Positions 19,245 through 35,850 of a stretch of 36,163 nt of DNA are shown here, piece after piece. Made by a program: the position numbers and the translations under genes. Under the pieces are notes generated by a model. That model was given only the letters and a program-made list of their open reading frames with translations, made no database searches and was not told the origin of the DNA. Numbering within the stretch: the stretch's first letter is position 1; each line of letters starts with the position of its first letter. Origin of the DNA: an uncultured Mariniplasma sp. (GTDB lineage Bacteria; Bacillota_I; Bacilli_A; Acholeplasmatales; Acholeplasmataceae); NCBI GenBank assembly GCA_964368345.1, contig CAYJBI010000002.1, positions 1-36,163 of the forward strand, given 5' to 3'.

Positions 19245-21323
19245 ATGAACTTTCTAGCTACATTAAATGAATCTCAATTTAAAGCGGTCATCCACCCAGA
19301 TGGTCCGCTTTTTGTTGTCGCCGGTGCGGGAACAGGAAAAACAAAAACACTGACATCACGCATTGCGTATCTCATTATGAATGGTGCAAATCCATCACGC
19401 ATTTTAGCTGTTACATTTACGAATAAAGCAGCAAGAGAAATGAAACAACGCGTAATTGAAATGACTGGACCTCATGCGATGGATGTTTGGTTATACACAT
19501 TTCATGCATTAGGACTTCAAATGTTAAGAAGACATATTGCTGAACTTCCTTACGGATATCGTCCAAATTTCAATGTTATTGATGAAGATGATGGAAAGAA
19601 AATTATTCAAGAAATGATAAAATCATTAGAACTTGATGTTAAGATGTTCTCTTTAAAAAATTTAAAAAACCTTTTTTCACTCTATAAGACAAGAAGACTA
19701 GAGTAGTTCGAGAGAACAGACGAAGAGAAAATATTCAAGAAATATCAAGAATACTTAAGAAGTAATCAATTAGTCGATTTTGATGATTTATTATTATACC
19801 CTTTAGAATTATTAGAAATAAATGAAAGAATTAGAAATCATTATCAAACTGGATTTGACCATGTTTTAGTTGATGAATTTCAAGATACTGACATTATTCA
19901 ATATAAACTTTTAAAAATGCTTGGTATTCTCCATAAAAATGTTTTTGTTGTGGGTGATCCAGATCAATCGATTTATGGATTTAGAGGGGCTAATTATGAG
20001 AATGCAAGACTTTTTGTTAAAGATTTTAATGCTGAACAAATCGTTCTTGAACAAAACTATCGTTCAACTAATCACATATTAAAAGCAGCCAACCAACTGA
20101 TTAACTATAATTTTAACAGGCCATCCATTAAAACACTCGAAAGTCATCTAGGCTTAGGAGAAGCTCCTTACATTCATCATGCACAAAATGATATTAAAGA
20201 AAGCTTTTTTGTAGTCAATGAAGTGAGAAGATTATCTCAACTGGGTATTCGTTATGATGAAATGGCAATTTTATATCGAAATAATGCACTTTCTCGTTTA
20301 TTTGAAGAAGCTATGATTAAAGAGGGAATTCCTTATGTAATTTATGGAGGAATATCATTCTATGAGAGAAGAGAAATCAAAGATGCACTTGCTTATATTC
20401 GTGTTGTTTTAGACCCCATGCAAGACTTCTTTTTAAAACGTATCATTAATGTCCCTAAACGTTCGATAGGAATGGTAAGTGTTCAAAAAATAGAAACTAA
20501 AGCAAGAGAGCTTGGTGTTCCTATGTTTGATGCGATTCCTTATACAGATTTAACGCCAGCAGCTCGTCAGTCACTATTCGATTTTAGAAAAATGATTCAA
20601 GACATGCAAGAAAAATTTGATACGATGGAAAATCTTGCTGAGATTATGCCTTACCTTATGGGAAAAACAGGATATATCGATATGCTTCGTGCTGAAGATG
20701 ATGAAATTGCTGATGATAGAATCGATAACTTAAAAGAACTTCAAAACGTATTTACACGTGGTGATGAATACTATGAAGGCACATTTATGGAAAAACTTAC
20801 ACAACAATTAGACCAGATTGCTTTATATTCTGATCAAGACCAAGAACTTGATGAATATAATCGCGTCAGACTTTCTACATATCATCAAGTCAAAGGACTA
20901 GAATTTAGAGTCGTCTTTATGGTTGTTATGGAAGAAAACATATTTCCATCTGATCGTTCATTAATGAATCCTTCTGAATTAGAAGAAGAAAGACGCATCG
21001 CTTATGTTGGAATTACACGTGCAAAAGAAAGACTTTACATGAGTTATGCAGATCAACGTATGGTCTTCGGGTCGATGAGGTATTCTTATCCTTCAAGGTT
21101 TATCCAAGAATCAAGATTACGGTTTGAAGAACCTAAGATTGAAGGGATCAGTGAGGGTAAAGGTCATATCTTAAAAACTGGAGATAAAGTAGAACACAAT
21201 ACATTTGGTACAGGTGTTGTTGTAAGGGTCGATGACGATGTTGCGACGATTGCATTTGGTATGCCACATGGTATTAAAAAAATACTTGAATCACATCCTG
21301 CAATTAGAAAAAAGAATTATTGA
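19245..21323 (+). pseudogene. pcrA: ATP-dependent DNA helicase PcrA/UvrD with one in-frame TAG (19704-19706): nonsense mutation, sequence error or readthrough
   Basis: Both ORF pieces are in the same frame. The gap translates as *FERTDEEKIFKKYQEYLRSNQLVDFDDLL...HVLVDEFQDT (Walker B). All SF1 motifs and the C-terminal Tudor-like domain are present. Confidence 0.85.
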
Positions 21324-21356
21324 TGAAAATCCCATATGATAAGATGGGGTGATGAG

Positions 21357-27433
<6,077 letters not shown>

Positions 27434-27476
27434 AATAATAAATAAATTTGTTATAATAAAATGTCGGGGGACACTT

Positions 27477-28016
27477 ATGAACGAACAAAAACCAGACAAA
27501 GATCCAAACAAGCTTTCGGAAGAAGAAATTAAAGAACTTCTTGAACAATTAAAAAAACAAAAAAAGACCAGTAAGAACTTAAGTGTGACCCTAGGATTTA
27601 TGTTACACAAAAACTATGTCATTCACATGGCATTATCCCTAGGTATCAATCTTTTAATGTTCGCAGTTGTTCTAGGTCTTGGTATCGGTATTGATATGCC
27701 GTTTGTAACGATGACAGTACCAGGCTTTTTGTTCGCAGTTGTTTTACTTACTTTAATTGAAAACTTTGTTAAGATTCTTTTATTTAAGTATGTTCTAAGA
27801 ATCATTTTTCTAAGTATGGGTTTATTATCTGTCACTGTTCAAATTATGGTTCTTTATCTTGTTGATGTTATCCTTGTAGAAGGTTTTCATTTCATAGGCG
27901 TTGATCGATTGATTGTATTTGCATTTGCATTTTCAATACTAAGACTCATTATCTCAACCTATTTAAGAAAACTCATTTATAACGAAAGAATTGTATTCAT
28001 AGGAGGAAAAAAATGA
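27477..28016 (+). CDS. Four-TM membrane protein (YvlD / Phage_holin_4-like)
   Basis: Charged N-terminus plus four TM helices. Sits between uvrA and hprK, as in Bacilli. TGTTATAAT at 27449-27457. Confidence 0.6.
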   Translation: MNEQKPDKDPNKLSEEEIKELLEQLKKQKKTSKNLSVTLGFMLHKNYVIHMALSLGINLLMFAVVLGLGIGIDMPFVTMTVPGFLFAVVLLTLIENFVKILLFKYVLRIIFLSMGLLSVTVQIMVLYLVDVILVEGFHFIGVDRLIVFAFAFSILRLIISTYLRKLIYNERIVFIGGKK

Positions 28017-28960
28017 AATTAAAGATTAAACATATTATTAGAGACATCGATTTAACACTCCTCAATGATCCAACATGTATGAATCGTGAGATTAAATCTG
28101 AAATGCTTTCAAGACCTGGTGTCGAACTTGCAGGTTTTCTTGATTTTTTCGACGCAGATCGTTTAATCCTGATTGGTTCAAAGGAAGCCCATTTTTTAGA
28201 TAAACTTCCCTTTGATATCCGTAAACAACGGGTTCAAGACATGTTTGAAAAATTACCTCCAGGTATTATCTTCTCTGTAAATGTAGAGATTGAAGATTTC
28301 TTTATTGAATTAGGAAATCAATATCAAGTAGCTATTATGAAGAGTCAATCAAGAACGACACCGCTTTCTGGTTCTCTATACCAGTATTTACATAGTAAAC
28401 TGGCACCGAGAACATCCATGCACGGTGTCTTACTTGATATTCATGGGTTAGGAACTTTAATCACAGGTAAATCTGGGATTGGTAAGAGCGAAACAGCACT
28501 TGAATTAATTAAAAGAGGTCATCTTTTAATTAGTGATGATCGCGTTGATATCTTTGAAGCTGCTCCTGGGGTTTTAATTGGTTCAGCGCCCAAAGTATTA
28601 GAAAAATATATTGAAGTTCGTGGTATTGGTATTGTAGATGTTGTCCAAATGTTTGGCGCTGGTGCTTATCGTGAAAATAAAAAAATAAGATTAGTTGTTG
28701 AACTTGAACATTGGAAAAAAGGAAAACAGTATGACAGACTTGGTATTGATACCGATTCTATTAAAATATTCAATACAGAGATTGCTAAAATTACGATACC
28801 TATTTTACCAGGAAGAAATGTTGCAACACTCGTAGAATCAGCAGCAATGAATCAAAAACTAAAGTATCTTGGATATAATGCAGCATTTGAATTAACACAG
28901 GCAGTTTCACTTCGTGCCTCAGGAAAGAGAAGGGATGATGACGATGACGAAGATTATTGA
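28013..28960 (+). CDS. hprK: HPr kinase/phosphorylase
   Basis: RPGVELAGF, HGVL, GKSGIGKSETALEL, ISDDRV, EVRGIGI and PGRN motifs. Confidence 0.97.
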   Translation: MKLKIKHIIRDIDLTLLNDPTCMNREIKSEMLSRPGVELAGFLDFFDADRLILIGSKEAHFLDKLPFDIRKQRVQDMFEKLPPGIIFSVNVEIEDFFIELGNQYQVAIMKSQSRTTPLSGSLYQYLHSKLAPRTSMHGVLLDIHGLGTLITGKSGIGKSETALELIKRGHLLISDDRVDIFEAAPGVLIGSAPKVLEKYIEVRGIGIVDVVQMFGAGAYRENKKIRLVVELEHWKKGKQYDRLGIDTDSIKIFNTEIAKITIPILPGRNVATLVESAAMNQKLKYLGYNAAFELTQAVSLRASGKRRDDDDDEDY

Positions 28961-29888
28961 TTTTTTTAAGAAAAGTACGGATAAAAGAAATTATGTGATA
29001 GCAACCTTAGTCTTTTTGTTAGTATTAGGTTTAGCCATACTCACACAAAAAGGAATACCTTATAACCGTACAGCCTTAGATTTAGGGTTTGCAGAAATTC
29101 AGTGGTACGCCATCTTTATTTTAACTGGTATATGTTTAGGCGCATTTCTTGCGCATGAAGAGTTTAAAAAGGTGGGTTGGAATACTGATTTACTCTTTGA
29201 TGCACTTTTATGGGCAGTTCCATTATCCATTGTAGGCTCAAGAATCTATTATGTTATTTTCGATCCAAATCCAAATTATGAATCATTCATGGATGTTATT
29301 AATATTATGAATGGTGGGCTTTCTATTCATGGCGCTGTGATCACTGCTGTCATCTTTGTATTCTTTTTCACACGAAAGAAAAAACTTAATTTCTGGTTAC
29401 TTGCAGATATCTTAGCTATCGGATTTTTGGTAGGACAAATCATTGGTCGTTGGGGTAATTTTATGAATCGTGAAGCTTACGGTCCAGCGATTGAATCAGA
29501 ATTTATCTTAAATATATTACCTACATTTATTAAAGACCAAATGACGATATCAGGTATCACACATCATCCAACATTCTTATATGAAGGATTATGGAACCTT
29601 GTGGGATTAATCTTCCTTCTTGTTGCAAGAAGAAAGAGATGGTTTAAAGTGGGCGATGTCTTAGGATTATATTTGATTTGGTATGGGTTAGGAAGAGGAG
29701 CAATCATTGAACCACTTCGTACAGGTGGAGATCCCGGTGATGCACTACGTATGTTTGGTTTACCAACCAATATTGTTCTTTCATTAACACTTTTTATGTT
29801 AGGTGGAATCGCATTAATCATCGTTAAACAACTTGTGATTAAGGATCAAAAATTCTACGTGGATATGTTGGTGCCGATGCATGATTAA
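28944..29888 (+). CDS. lgt: Prolipoprotein diacylglyceryl transferase
   Basis: QWY, GSRIYYV, GGLSIHG, GQIIGRWGNFMN.E and HPTFLYE motifs. Exact start uncertain (28935, 28938 or 28944). Confidence 0.95.
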   Translation: MTKIIDFFKKSTDKRNYVIATLVFLLVLGLAILTQKGIPYNRTALDLGFAEIQWYAIFILTGICLGAFLAHEEFKKVGWNTDLLFDALLWAVPLSIVGSRIYYVIFDPNPNYESFMDVINIMNGGLSIHGAVITAVIFVFFFTRKKKLNFWLLADILAIGFLVGQIIGRWGNFMNREAYGPAIESEFILNILPTFIKDQMTISGITHHPTFLYEGLWNLVGLIFLLVARRKRWFKVGDVLGLYLIWYGLGRGAIIEPLRTGGDPGDALRMFGLPTNIVLSLTLFMLGGIALIIVKQLVIKDQKFYVDMLVPMHD

Positions 29889-30516
29889 ATGTGTTTTATT
29901 TGACTTAGATGGAACTTTAATTCAAACAACAGAGATTATCATTGATGCATTTAAAATGACATTTAAAAAGTTTTTTCCAGAACTAAAATTATCAGAAGAT
30001 GAATATACCAATATGTTAGGAGCAACATTATTTACAACATTTGGTTATCATGCTTCATCTAAAGAACAAGTCGATGAAATGGTCAAGTTTTATCGAACAT
30101 ACTCAAATGATTTAATTGATCAAAGCCTACATGCATATCCAGGTGCTATTGAAACCATGGAATACTTAAAAAGAAAAGGTATTAAAGTAGGAGTTGTCAC
30201 TTCAAAGATGAAAATGGTCGCAAAACATCATCTAGAAATGACAAAATTATTTCCCTATATCGATGGGATTATTGGTTATGAAGATGTTCAAGAACATAAA
30301 CCATCACCAGAACCTATTGAAAAAGGATTAGCTTTATTACAAGCAAAACCTACTCAAACAATCTATGTAGGTGACCATGAAAATGACATCATCGCTGCTA
30401 AAAAAGCAGGCATTCTCACATGTGCAGTGACTTACAGTCATCGGTTGAAAGAAATGCTTATCTATCAACCCGATTATGTGATCGATGAATTAATACATAT
30501 CAAAGATTTAATTTAA
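29881..30516 (+). CDS. ppaX: HAD-family pyrophosphatase PpaX-like
   Basis: FDLDGTL, VTSK, HKPSPEP and YVGD...D motifs; hprK-lgt-ppaX synteny. Confidence 0.75.
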   Translation: MIKCVLFDLDGTLIQTTEIIIDAFKMTFKKFFPELKLSEDEYTNMLGATLFTTFGYHASSKEQVDEMVKFYRTYSNDLIDQSLHAYPGAIETMEYLKRKGIKVGVVTSKMKMVAKHHLEMTKLFPYIDGIIGYEDVQEHKPSPEPIEKGLALLQAKPTQTIYVGDHENDIIAAKKAGILTCAVTYSHRLKEMLIYQPDYVIDELIHIKDLI

Positions 30517-30528
30517 GGAGAGATAAAC

Positions 30529-31446
30529 ATGCTTTACGACGTACTAATTATTGGAACTGGTCCTGCAGGAATCACTGCAGGAATCTATGCAAAACGTGCT
30601 AACTTAAAGGTAGCTATGTTTGAAAAAGACACTCCAGGTGGACAGTTATCTAAATATAATGAAATTGAAAACTATACTGGAGCTAAAAAGGTTGCAGGAT
30701 ATGAGCTTGCGACAATGATGATTGATCATGCCTATGATTTAGGTATTGAAGTCATTTATGATGAAGTAACAGAAGTAAAAATTGAAGGACAAATTAAAAA
30801 AGTTGTGACTCCAAATGAAGTCTATGAAACGAAAGCAGTCATTGTTGCTACAGGTAATGTACCTAGACGTTTAGGTGTTGAAAATGAAGATGCTTTAGCG
30901 ATGAATGGCATTAGCTGGTGTGCAATATGTGATGGACCTCTTTATAAAGAAAGAAAACTTGTTGTGATTGGTGGAGGGAACTCAGCGGTTGAAGAAGCAG
31001 CTTATCTTGCAACACTAGCAACACATGTCACAGTTGTTCAAAACTTAGATTTCTTAACAGCAGATCCAAAAGCACAAGACATTTTAAGAAGTATGCCCAA
31101 TGTTGATTATAGATTTGGTTCTGTCGTCACTAAATTTGAAATGGAGAATAACACTTTAACAGGTGTAACAATTAAAAACAATAAAGGCGAAAGCGAAACG
31201 ATTTCAGCTGAAGGTGTTTTTGAATATGTTGGACTTATTCCAGTCACCACATTTGTTAAAGACTTAGGTATCACTAACCAATGGGGCTATGTTGAAGCAA
31301 ATGAAAAGATGGAAACAAAAGTTCCAGGAATATATGCAGCTGGTGATGTGACAGTTAAACAAATTCGTCAAGTGATTACGGCAGCATCCGATGGTGCGAT
31401 AGCTGCACAAAATGCACTTAAATATATTGAATCTTGGAATAAATAA
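30529..31446 (+). CDS. trxB: Thioredoxin reductase
   Basis: GTGPAG, CAICDG, GGGNSAVEEA and GIYAAGD motifs. Confidence 0.95.
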   Translation: MLYDVLIIGTGPAGITAGIYAKRANLKVAMFEKDTPGGQLSKYNEIENYTGAKKVAGYELATMMIDHAYDLGIEVIYDEVTEVKIEGQIKKVVTPNEVYETKAVIVATGNVPRRLGVENEDALAMNGISWCAICDGPLYKERKLVVIGGGNSAVEEAAYLATLATHVTVVQNLDFLTADPKAQDILRSMPNVDYRFGSVVTKFEMENNTLTGVTIKNNKGESETISAEGVFEYVGLIPVTTFVKDLGITNQWGYVEANEKMETKVPGIYAAGDVTVKQIRQVITAASDGAIAAQNALKYIESWNK

Positions 31447-32382
31447 ATGAGTTTCGCAAAAACTGTTAAAGAGGAACTTGTTACAGTTCCCGTTGAACTT
31501 GATGAACAACTGGCAGAGTTTTCTGCGTTTATCAATCTCAATGGAGAATTTCATATTGCAAGCAAACAAAAAATGCTTGACTTTAAAACAAATAATCCTA
31601 CCGTTGCTAAACGGTTTTTGCAGTTAGTTAGATCACTTTATCAAGCAGAAACAAGCTTGATTACACAAAAGTTAAATAAACTCAATCAAAGAAATGCAAT
31701 TATCATTCGTATTCAAACAAAAGTAGAAGATATAGTCAATGAACATGGATTGTTAGAAAATCCAATTGAAAACCAAGAGTTAACAACCTCCACACCAGAA
31801 GCAAAGAAAGCATTTCTAAGAGCTGCATTTCTTTCAGGAGGATCAGTTAATCATCCAAAGACAGCAGAATATCATTTAGAAATATTTACACGTGACCCCA
31901 ATCAAGCGATATTTCTTCAAAGTGTGATGAACGCATTTGATTTAAACGCTAAAATCACCAATCGAAGATTAGGGTATATCTGTTATTTAAAGGATGCGGA
32001 AGGTATTAGTGATTTTCTACAAGTTGTCGGTGCTCAAAATTCTGTTTTTCAATTTGAAGATATTAGAATTAAACGCGATTTCAACAATTCCATCAATCGT
32101 GTTATGAATATGGAAATCGCAAATGAACGTAAAGCAATTGTAGCAGCAAACGAGCAGATGAGAGATATCGAACTTGTTGAAAAGTACATTCCTGAATCAC
32201 AAATTGATTTAAGAAGTAGACAAGTGATTGAATTAAGAAAAAATAATCCTGAAGCAAGTCTTAAAGAACTTGTTGATCTTTATGAAGAAACTTATAAAGA
32301 TCAGATAAGTAAATCCGGGTTAAACCATCGTCTAGTTAAGATTAAACAGATGGCATTATCCATCAAGGAGGGACTCAAATGA
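31447..32382 (+). CDS. whiA: DNA-binding protein WhiA
   Basis: MSFA..VKEEL, FL..GSVN.P...YHLE, NR..N.E.AN and SKSGLNHR motifs. Confidence 0.93.
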   Translation: MSFAKTVKEELVTVPVELDEQLAEFSAFINLNGEFHIASKQKMLDFKTNNPTVAKRFLQLVRSLYQAETSLITQKLNKLNQRNAIIIRIQTKVEDIVNEHGLLENPIENQELTTSTPEAKKAFLRAAFLSGGSVNHPKTAEYHLEIFTRDPNQAIFLQSVMNAFDLNAKITNRRLGYICYLKDAEGISDFLQVVGAQNSVFQFEDIRIKRDFNNSINRVMNMEIANERKAIVAANEQMRDIELVEKYIPESQIDLRSRQVIELRKNNPEASLKELVDLYEETYKDQISKSGLNHRLVKIKQMALSIKEGLK

Positions 32383-32735
32383 TTACAGGTATTGGTATAG
32401 ATCTTGTTGAATTAAATCGATTGAAAGAACTTATGAGTGAACGTTTTATCAATCGTATTCTTTCACAGGATGAAAAGAAATTATATTTAAATATTGCCGC
32501 AGAAAACACGAAGATTTCATTTATTGGTGGTCGTTTTGCAGCAAAAGAAGCATTATTTAAAGCTGTTTCCAAAGGAAATGGTGAAGCTTATTATCGTGAT
32601 TTTTCTATTTTAAATGACGATTATGGAAAACCTTATGTTCAAACAGATTATTTTAAAGATGATGAAATCATTCATTTAAGTATCACACATACTGACCATT
32701 ATGCTATGGCATATGTCGTGATTGAGAAACTTTAA
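32379..32735 (+). CDS. acpS: Holo-ACP synthase
   Basis: GIGIDLVE, GRFAAKEA..KA, GKP and LSITH motifs. Confidence 0.95.
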   Translation: MITGIGIDLVELNRLKELMSERFINRILSQDEKKLYLNIAAENTKISFIGGRFAAKEALFKAVSKGNGEAYYRDFSILNDDYGKPYVQTDYFKDDEIIHLSITHTDHYAMAYVVIEKL

Positions 32736-32804
32736 CATAATATCTCATAAAGTTGTAATTTTTTCGTGTATTCGGTATAATTCTAATGAAGAGGATGTGA
32801 CATT

Positions 32805-33449
32805 ATGGCCAGAGTCCAACAAGTACAAGAAGCCAACAAAAAGAAGCAGTCAAAAGATGTAAAAACAAATAATCAAACAAAGAGTAAACAAGAATTAGCA
32901 AAAACAAATACCAAAAGGGAACCAACCAAGAATGAAATCTTGTTTTTCCGTGTTGGAGTAGCAGTGATTGCACTTACTTTGATTACTGTAGCAATTATTT
33001 TCACGATTAAGCATTTTATGAATAGAGATGAAGAAGCAGGTGTTTTTGATGACTTCATTACAATTAATGCAGATGAACTAACAAACATTATCGGTCATGA
33101 TGAGAACTCAGGTGTTTACGGAGATTTCACCTTTTTCGCTGGTAAAGATGAATATGAAGATTTATATGATTTGATTACACAAAATAATAAAATCTATATT
33201 TATTTCTATAGCAGTTCAAATTTAGAAGATGATATTGTTCATGTGATTAAAGATAAAAATTTAGAAGGTGTAGCCTTCTTCCTCGTTGATCTAGATACAG
33301 AATCAACAAAACTTGGTGACGCTAAATATTCACATTTAGAACTTGATCTTGAACGAAAGAACTTACTTGTCACATTTGATGTTGAAAATCAAACATTTGA
33401 AACAGAAATTAGAGTCACTGATATCGTTAGAGAGCTTGGTAAAATCTAA
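32805..33449 (+). CDS. Single-TM membrane protein of unknown function
   Basis: GAGG SD, Lys-rich N-terminus, TM helix and acidic C-terminal domain. Confidence 0.75.
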   Translation: MARVQQVQEANKKKQSKDVKTNNQTKSKQELAKTNTKREPTKNEILFFRVGVAVIALTLITVAIIFTIKHFMNRDEEAGVFDDFITINADELTNIIGHDENSGVYGDFTFFAGKDEYEDLYDLITQNNKIYIYFYSSSNLEDDIVHVIKDKNLEGVAFFLVDLDTESTKLGDAKYSHLELDLERKNLLVTFDVENQTFETEIRVTDIVRELGKI

Positions 33450-33457
33450 AAAATCAT

Positions 33458-33475
33458 AAAGGGCTTTGCCCTTTT
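33458..33475 (+). terminator. Short hairpin, probable terminator
   Basis: AAAGGGC-TTT-GCCCTTTT. Confidence 0.5.
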
Positions 33476-33496
33476 GTGCTATAAAGGGGAAATATC

Positions 33497-35674
33497 ATGA
33501 ACGAACAAATACTATTAGACATTCAAAAAACACTAGGTATTCCAATGAAAGGTATCACAACTGTTCTTGAACTTCTTGAACAAGGCAATACGATACCATT
33601 TATTGCGCGTTATCGTAAAGAAGCAACCGGTGGATTGGATGAAGAACAAATCAATGAGATCTTTAAAACATGGGACTATCAAAACAATCTTTTAAAGCGC
33701 AAAGAAGATGTCATTCGTTTAATTGATGAAAAAGGAATGCTTACTGAAGATTTACGAAAAGAGATATTAAGTGCTCAAAAGCTTGTTGAAGTTGAAGATT
33801 TATATCGTCCATTTAAGGAAAAGAAGAAAACTAAAGCAACAGAAGCTGTCGCAAAAGGTCTTGAACCTTTAGCAAACTTTATGATGTTTTTCACAAATGA
33901 TGACGTCATTAAAGAAGCCAAAAAATATATAAAAGAAGATGTTCCTACAGAAAATGATGCGATTGAAGGTGCTAAATACATTATTGCTGAAATGATTTCT
34001 GATGATGCTAACTATCGAAAAGCACTTCGTCAAGAAATGGTAAGTCACGGTATGGTTTTTACATCGGTTAAGAAAAATGCAGAAGATGAAAAAAAGACAT
34101 ATGAAATGTACTATGATTATCAAGAAGCTGTTAGTAAAATTAGACCTCATCGTATTTTGGCGATTAATCGCGCTGAAAATGAAAAAGTCATTACGGTTAA
34201 AATTGATACAGACAAAGAACGTATGACCTCTTTTTTAGAACGTAAAGTTATTAAAAGAGAACAATCACCATCAGCTATTTATGTTAAAGAAGCTATTGAT
34301 GATGCATTAAAGCGTTTAATCTATCCGTCTTTAGAAAGAGAAGTTAGAGCTGAACTTACTGAGAAGGGTGAAGAACAAGCCATTGAAATATTCTCAGTTA
34401 ATCTCCAAAAACTTTTACTTCAACCTCCAATGAAAGGTAAAGTAGTTTTAGGTGTTGACCCCGCCTTTAGAACAGGATGTAAGTTATCTGTTTGTAATGA
34501 ACAAGGAACTGTTCTAGAAAAAAGTGTCATTTACCCTCACGAAAAAACATTAGGTGGAAGAATAACTGATGATCAAATCATTGAGTCACAAAGAAAACTT
34601 CTTTTACTTATTAAAAAATATAAAGTTGAGATTATAGCTATAGGCAATGGTACAGCATCAAGAGAAACCGAAAGCTTTATCGCAAATCTTATTAAATCAA
34701 CAGGTATGAAAGTTCAATATGTGATCGTTAATGAAGCAGGGGCATCTGTTTATTCAGCATCTGAACTTGCACGTGAAGAATTCCCTGATTTTTCAGTTGA
34801 AGAAAGATCAGCAGCATCGATTGCTAGACGTCTTCAAGATCCTCTATCCGAACTTGTAAAAATTGATCCAAAATCGATTGGTGTTGGTCAATACCAACAC
34901 GTTGGAACACCTAAAAAACTAAATGAACAATTAAATTTCGTCGTTACTCAAGCAGTTAACCAAGTGGGTGTTAATGTCAATACAGCATCGAAAGCACTTT
35001 TAATGTACGTCTCCGGATTGAATAAATCAACTGCAGAAAACATTGTTAAGTTTAGAGACCAATTAGGTAAGTTCATTCGAAGAGAAGATTTATTAAAGGT
35101 TCCTAAATTAGGTGGAAAGACCTATGAACAATCGATTGGGTTTTTACGCATTCCAGATGGTGATGAAGCACTTGATATGACTGCGGTCCATCCAGAGTCC
35201 TATGGGGTTGCTAAAGCGATTATGAAGCGTTTTAACATCACAGGGGCAATGTTTGGAAAAGATATCGTTAAAGAAGCAGTATCTTCAATTGATAGAGCAA
35301 AACTAAGAGAAGAACTTAATGTCGATAAATACACATTAGATGATATCTTAGATGCATTTATCGCACCTCTCAGAGACCCTAGAGATCAATATGCACAACC
35401 TCTTTTAAGAAGCGATATTATGAAGCTAGAAGATTTAAGTATCGGTATGGAACTTGAAGGAACTGTACGTAATGTTGTTGATTTTGGAGCATTTATTGAT
35501 GTTGGGTTAAAAGAAGATGGATTACTTCATATATCTAAGATTAGTAAAGCTTATATTAAACATCCAAAAGATGTATTAAATGTAGGTGACATTGTCAAAG
35601 TATATGTTCTTAATATCGATTTAAACAGAGGTAAAGTCGGTTTAACCATGTTAAAAGATACCTTAGAAAAATAA
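33497..35674 (+). CDS. tex: Tex family transcription accessory protein (S1 domain)
   Basis: TIPFIARYRKE.TG, EDLYRP, DPAFRTGCK, GNGTASRE, EAGASVYSAS, HPESY and C-terminal S1 domain. Confidence 0.95.
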   Translation: MNEQILLDIQKTLGIPMKGITTVLELLEQGNTIPFIARYRKEATGGLDEEQINEIFKTWDYQNNLLKRKEDVIRLIDEKGMLTEDLRKEILSAQKLVEVEDLYRPFKEKKKTKATEAVAKGLEPLANFMMFFTNDDVIKEAKKYIKEDVPTENDAIEGAKYIIAEMISDDANYRKALRQEMVSHGMVFTSVKKNAEDEKKTYEMYYDYQEAVSKIRPHRILAINRAENEKVITVKIDTDKERMTSFLERKVIKREQSPSAIYVKEAIDDALKRLIYPSLEREVRAELTEKGEEQAIEIFSVNLQKLLLQPPMKGKVVLGVDPAFRTGCKLSVCNEQGTVLEKSVIYPHEKTLGGRITDDQIIESQRKLLLLIKKYKVEIIAIGNGTASRETESFIANLIKSTGMKVQYVIVNEAGASVYSASELAREEFPDFSVEERSAASIARRLQDPLSELVKIDPKSIGVGQYQHVGTPKKLNEQLNFVVTQAVNQVGVNVNTASKALLMYVSGLNKSTAENIVKFRDQLGKFIRREDLLKVPKLGGKTYEQSIGFLRIPDGDEALDMTAVHPESYGVAKAIMKRFNITGAMFGKDIVKEAVSSIDRAKLREELNVDKYTLDDILDAFIAPLRDPRDQYAQPLLRSDIMKLEDLSIGMELEGTVRNVVDFGAFIDVGLKEDGLLHISKISKAYIKHPKDVLNVGDIVKVYVLNIDLNRGKVGLTMLKDTLEK

Positions 35675-35680
35675 AAATAT

Positions 35681-35709
35681 GATACGCTATGGCTAAGCTA
35701 TAGCGTATC
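35681..35709. terminator. Strong hairpin downstream of tex
   Basis: GATACGCTATGGC-TAA-GCTATAGCGTATC, 13-bp stem with one G-U pair. Confidence 0.6.
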
Positions 35710-35788
35710 TATTCATCTGTTTCAAATCACGTGTACTTTCATTTGAAGGAAAAGCATAGACATAGTACATCTTAATTTCATGAAATAG

Positions 35789-35817
35789 TTGACAAAGTCA
35801 CAAAAATACGCTATTCT
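35789..35817 (+). promoter_or_regulatory. Sigma-A promoter of the tRNA pair
   Basis: TTGACA, 17 nt, TATTCT. Confidence 0.75.
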
Positions 35818-35850
35818 ATAAAGGCGTTCAAACGCAAAAACACTTTGGCT

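Noticed and set aside
19917-21323. 468-aa ORF as an independent gene
   Set aside because: It has no SD, starts after Walker B, and is the in-frame continuation of the upstream pcrA fragment.
27477-28016. Holin-like gene as prophage evidence
   Set aside because: No phage genes are nearby, and YvlD-like genes are normal chromosomal neighbours of uvrA and hprK.
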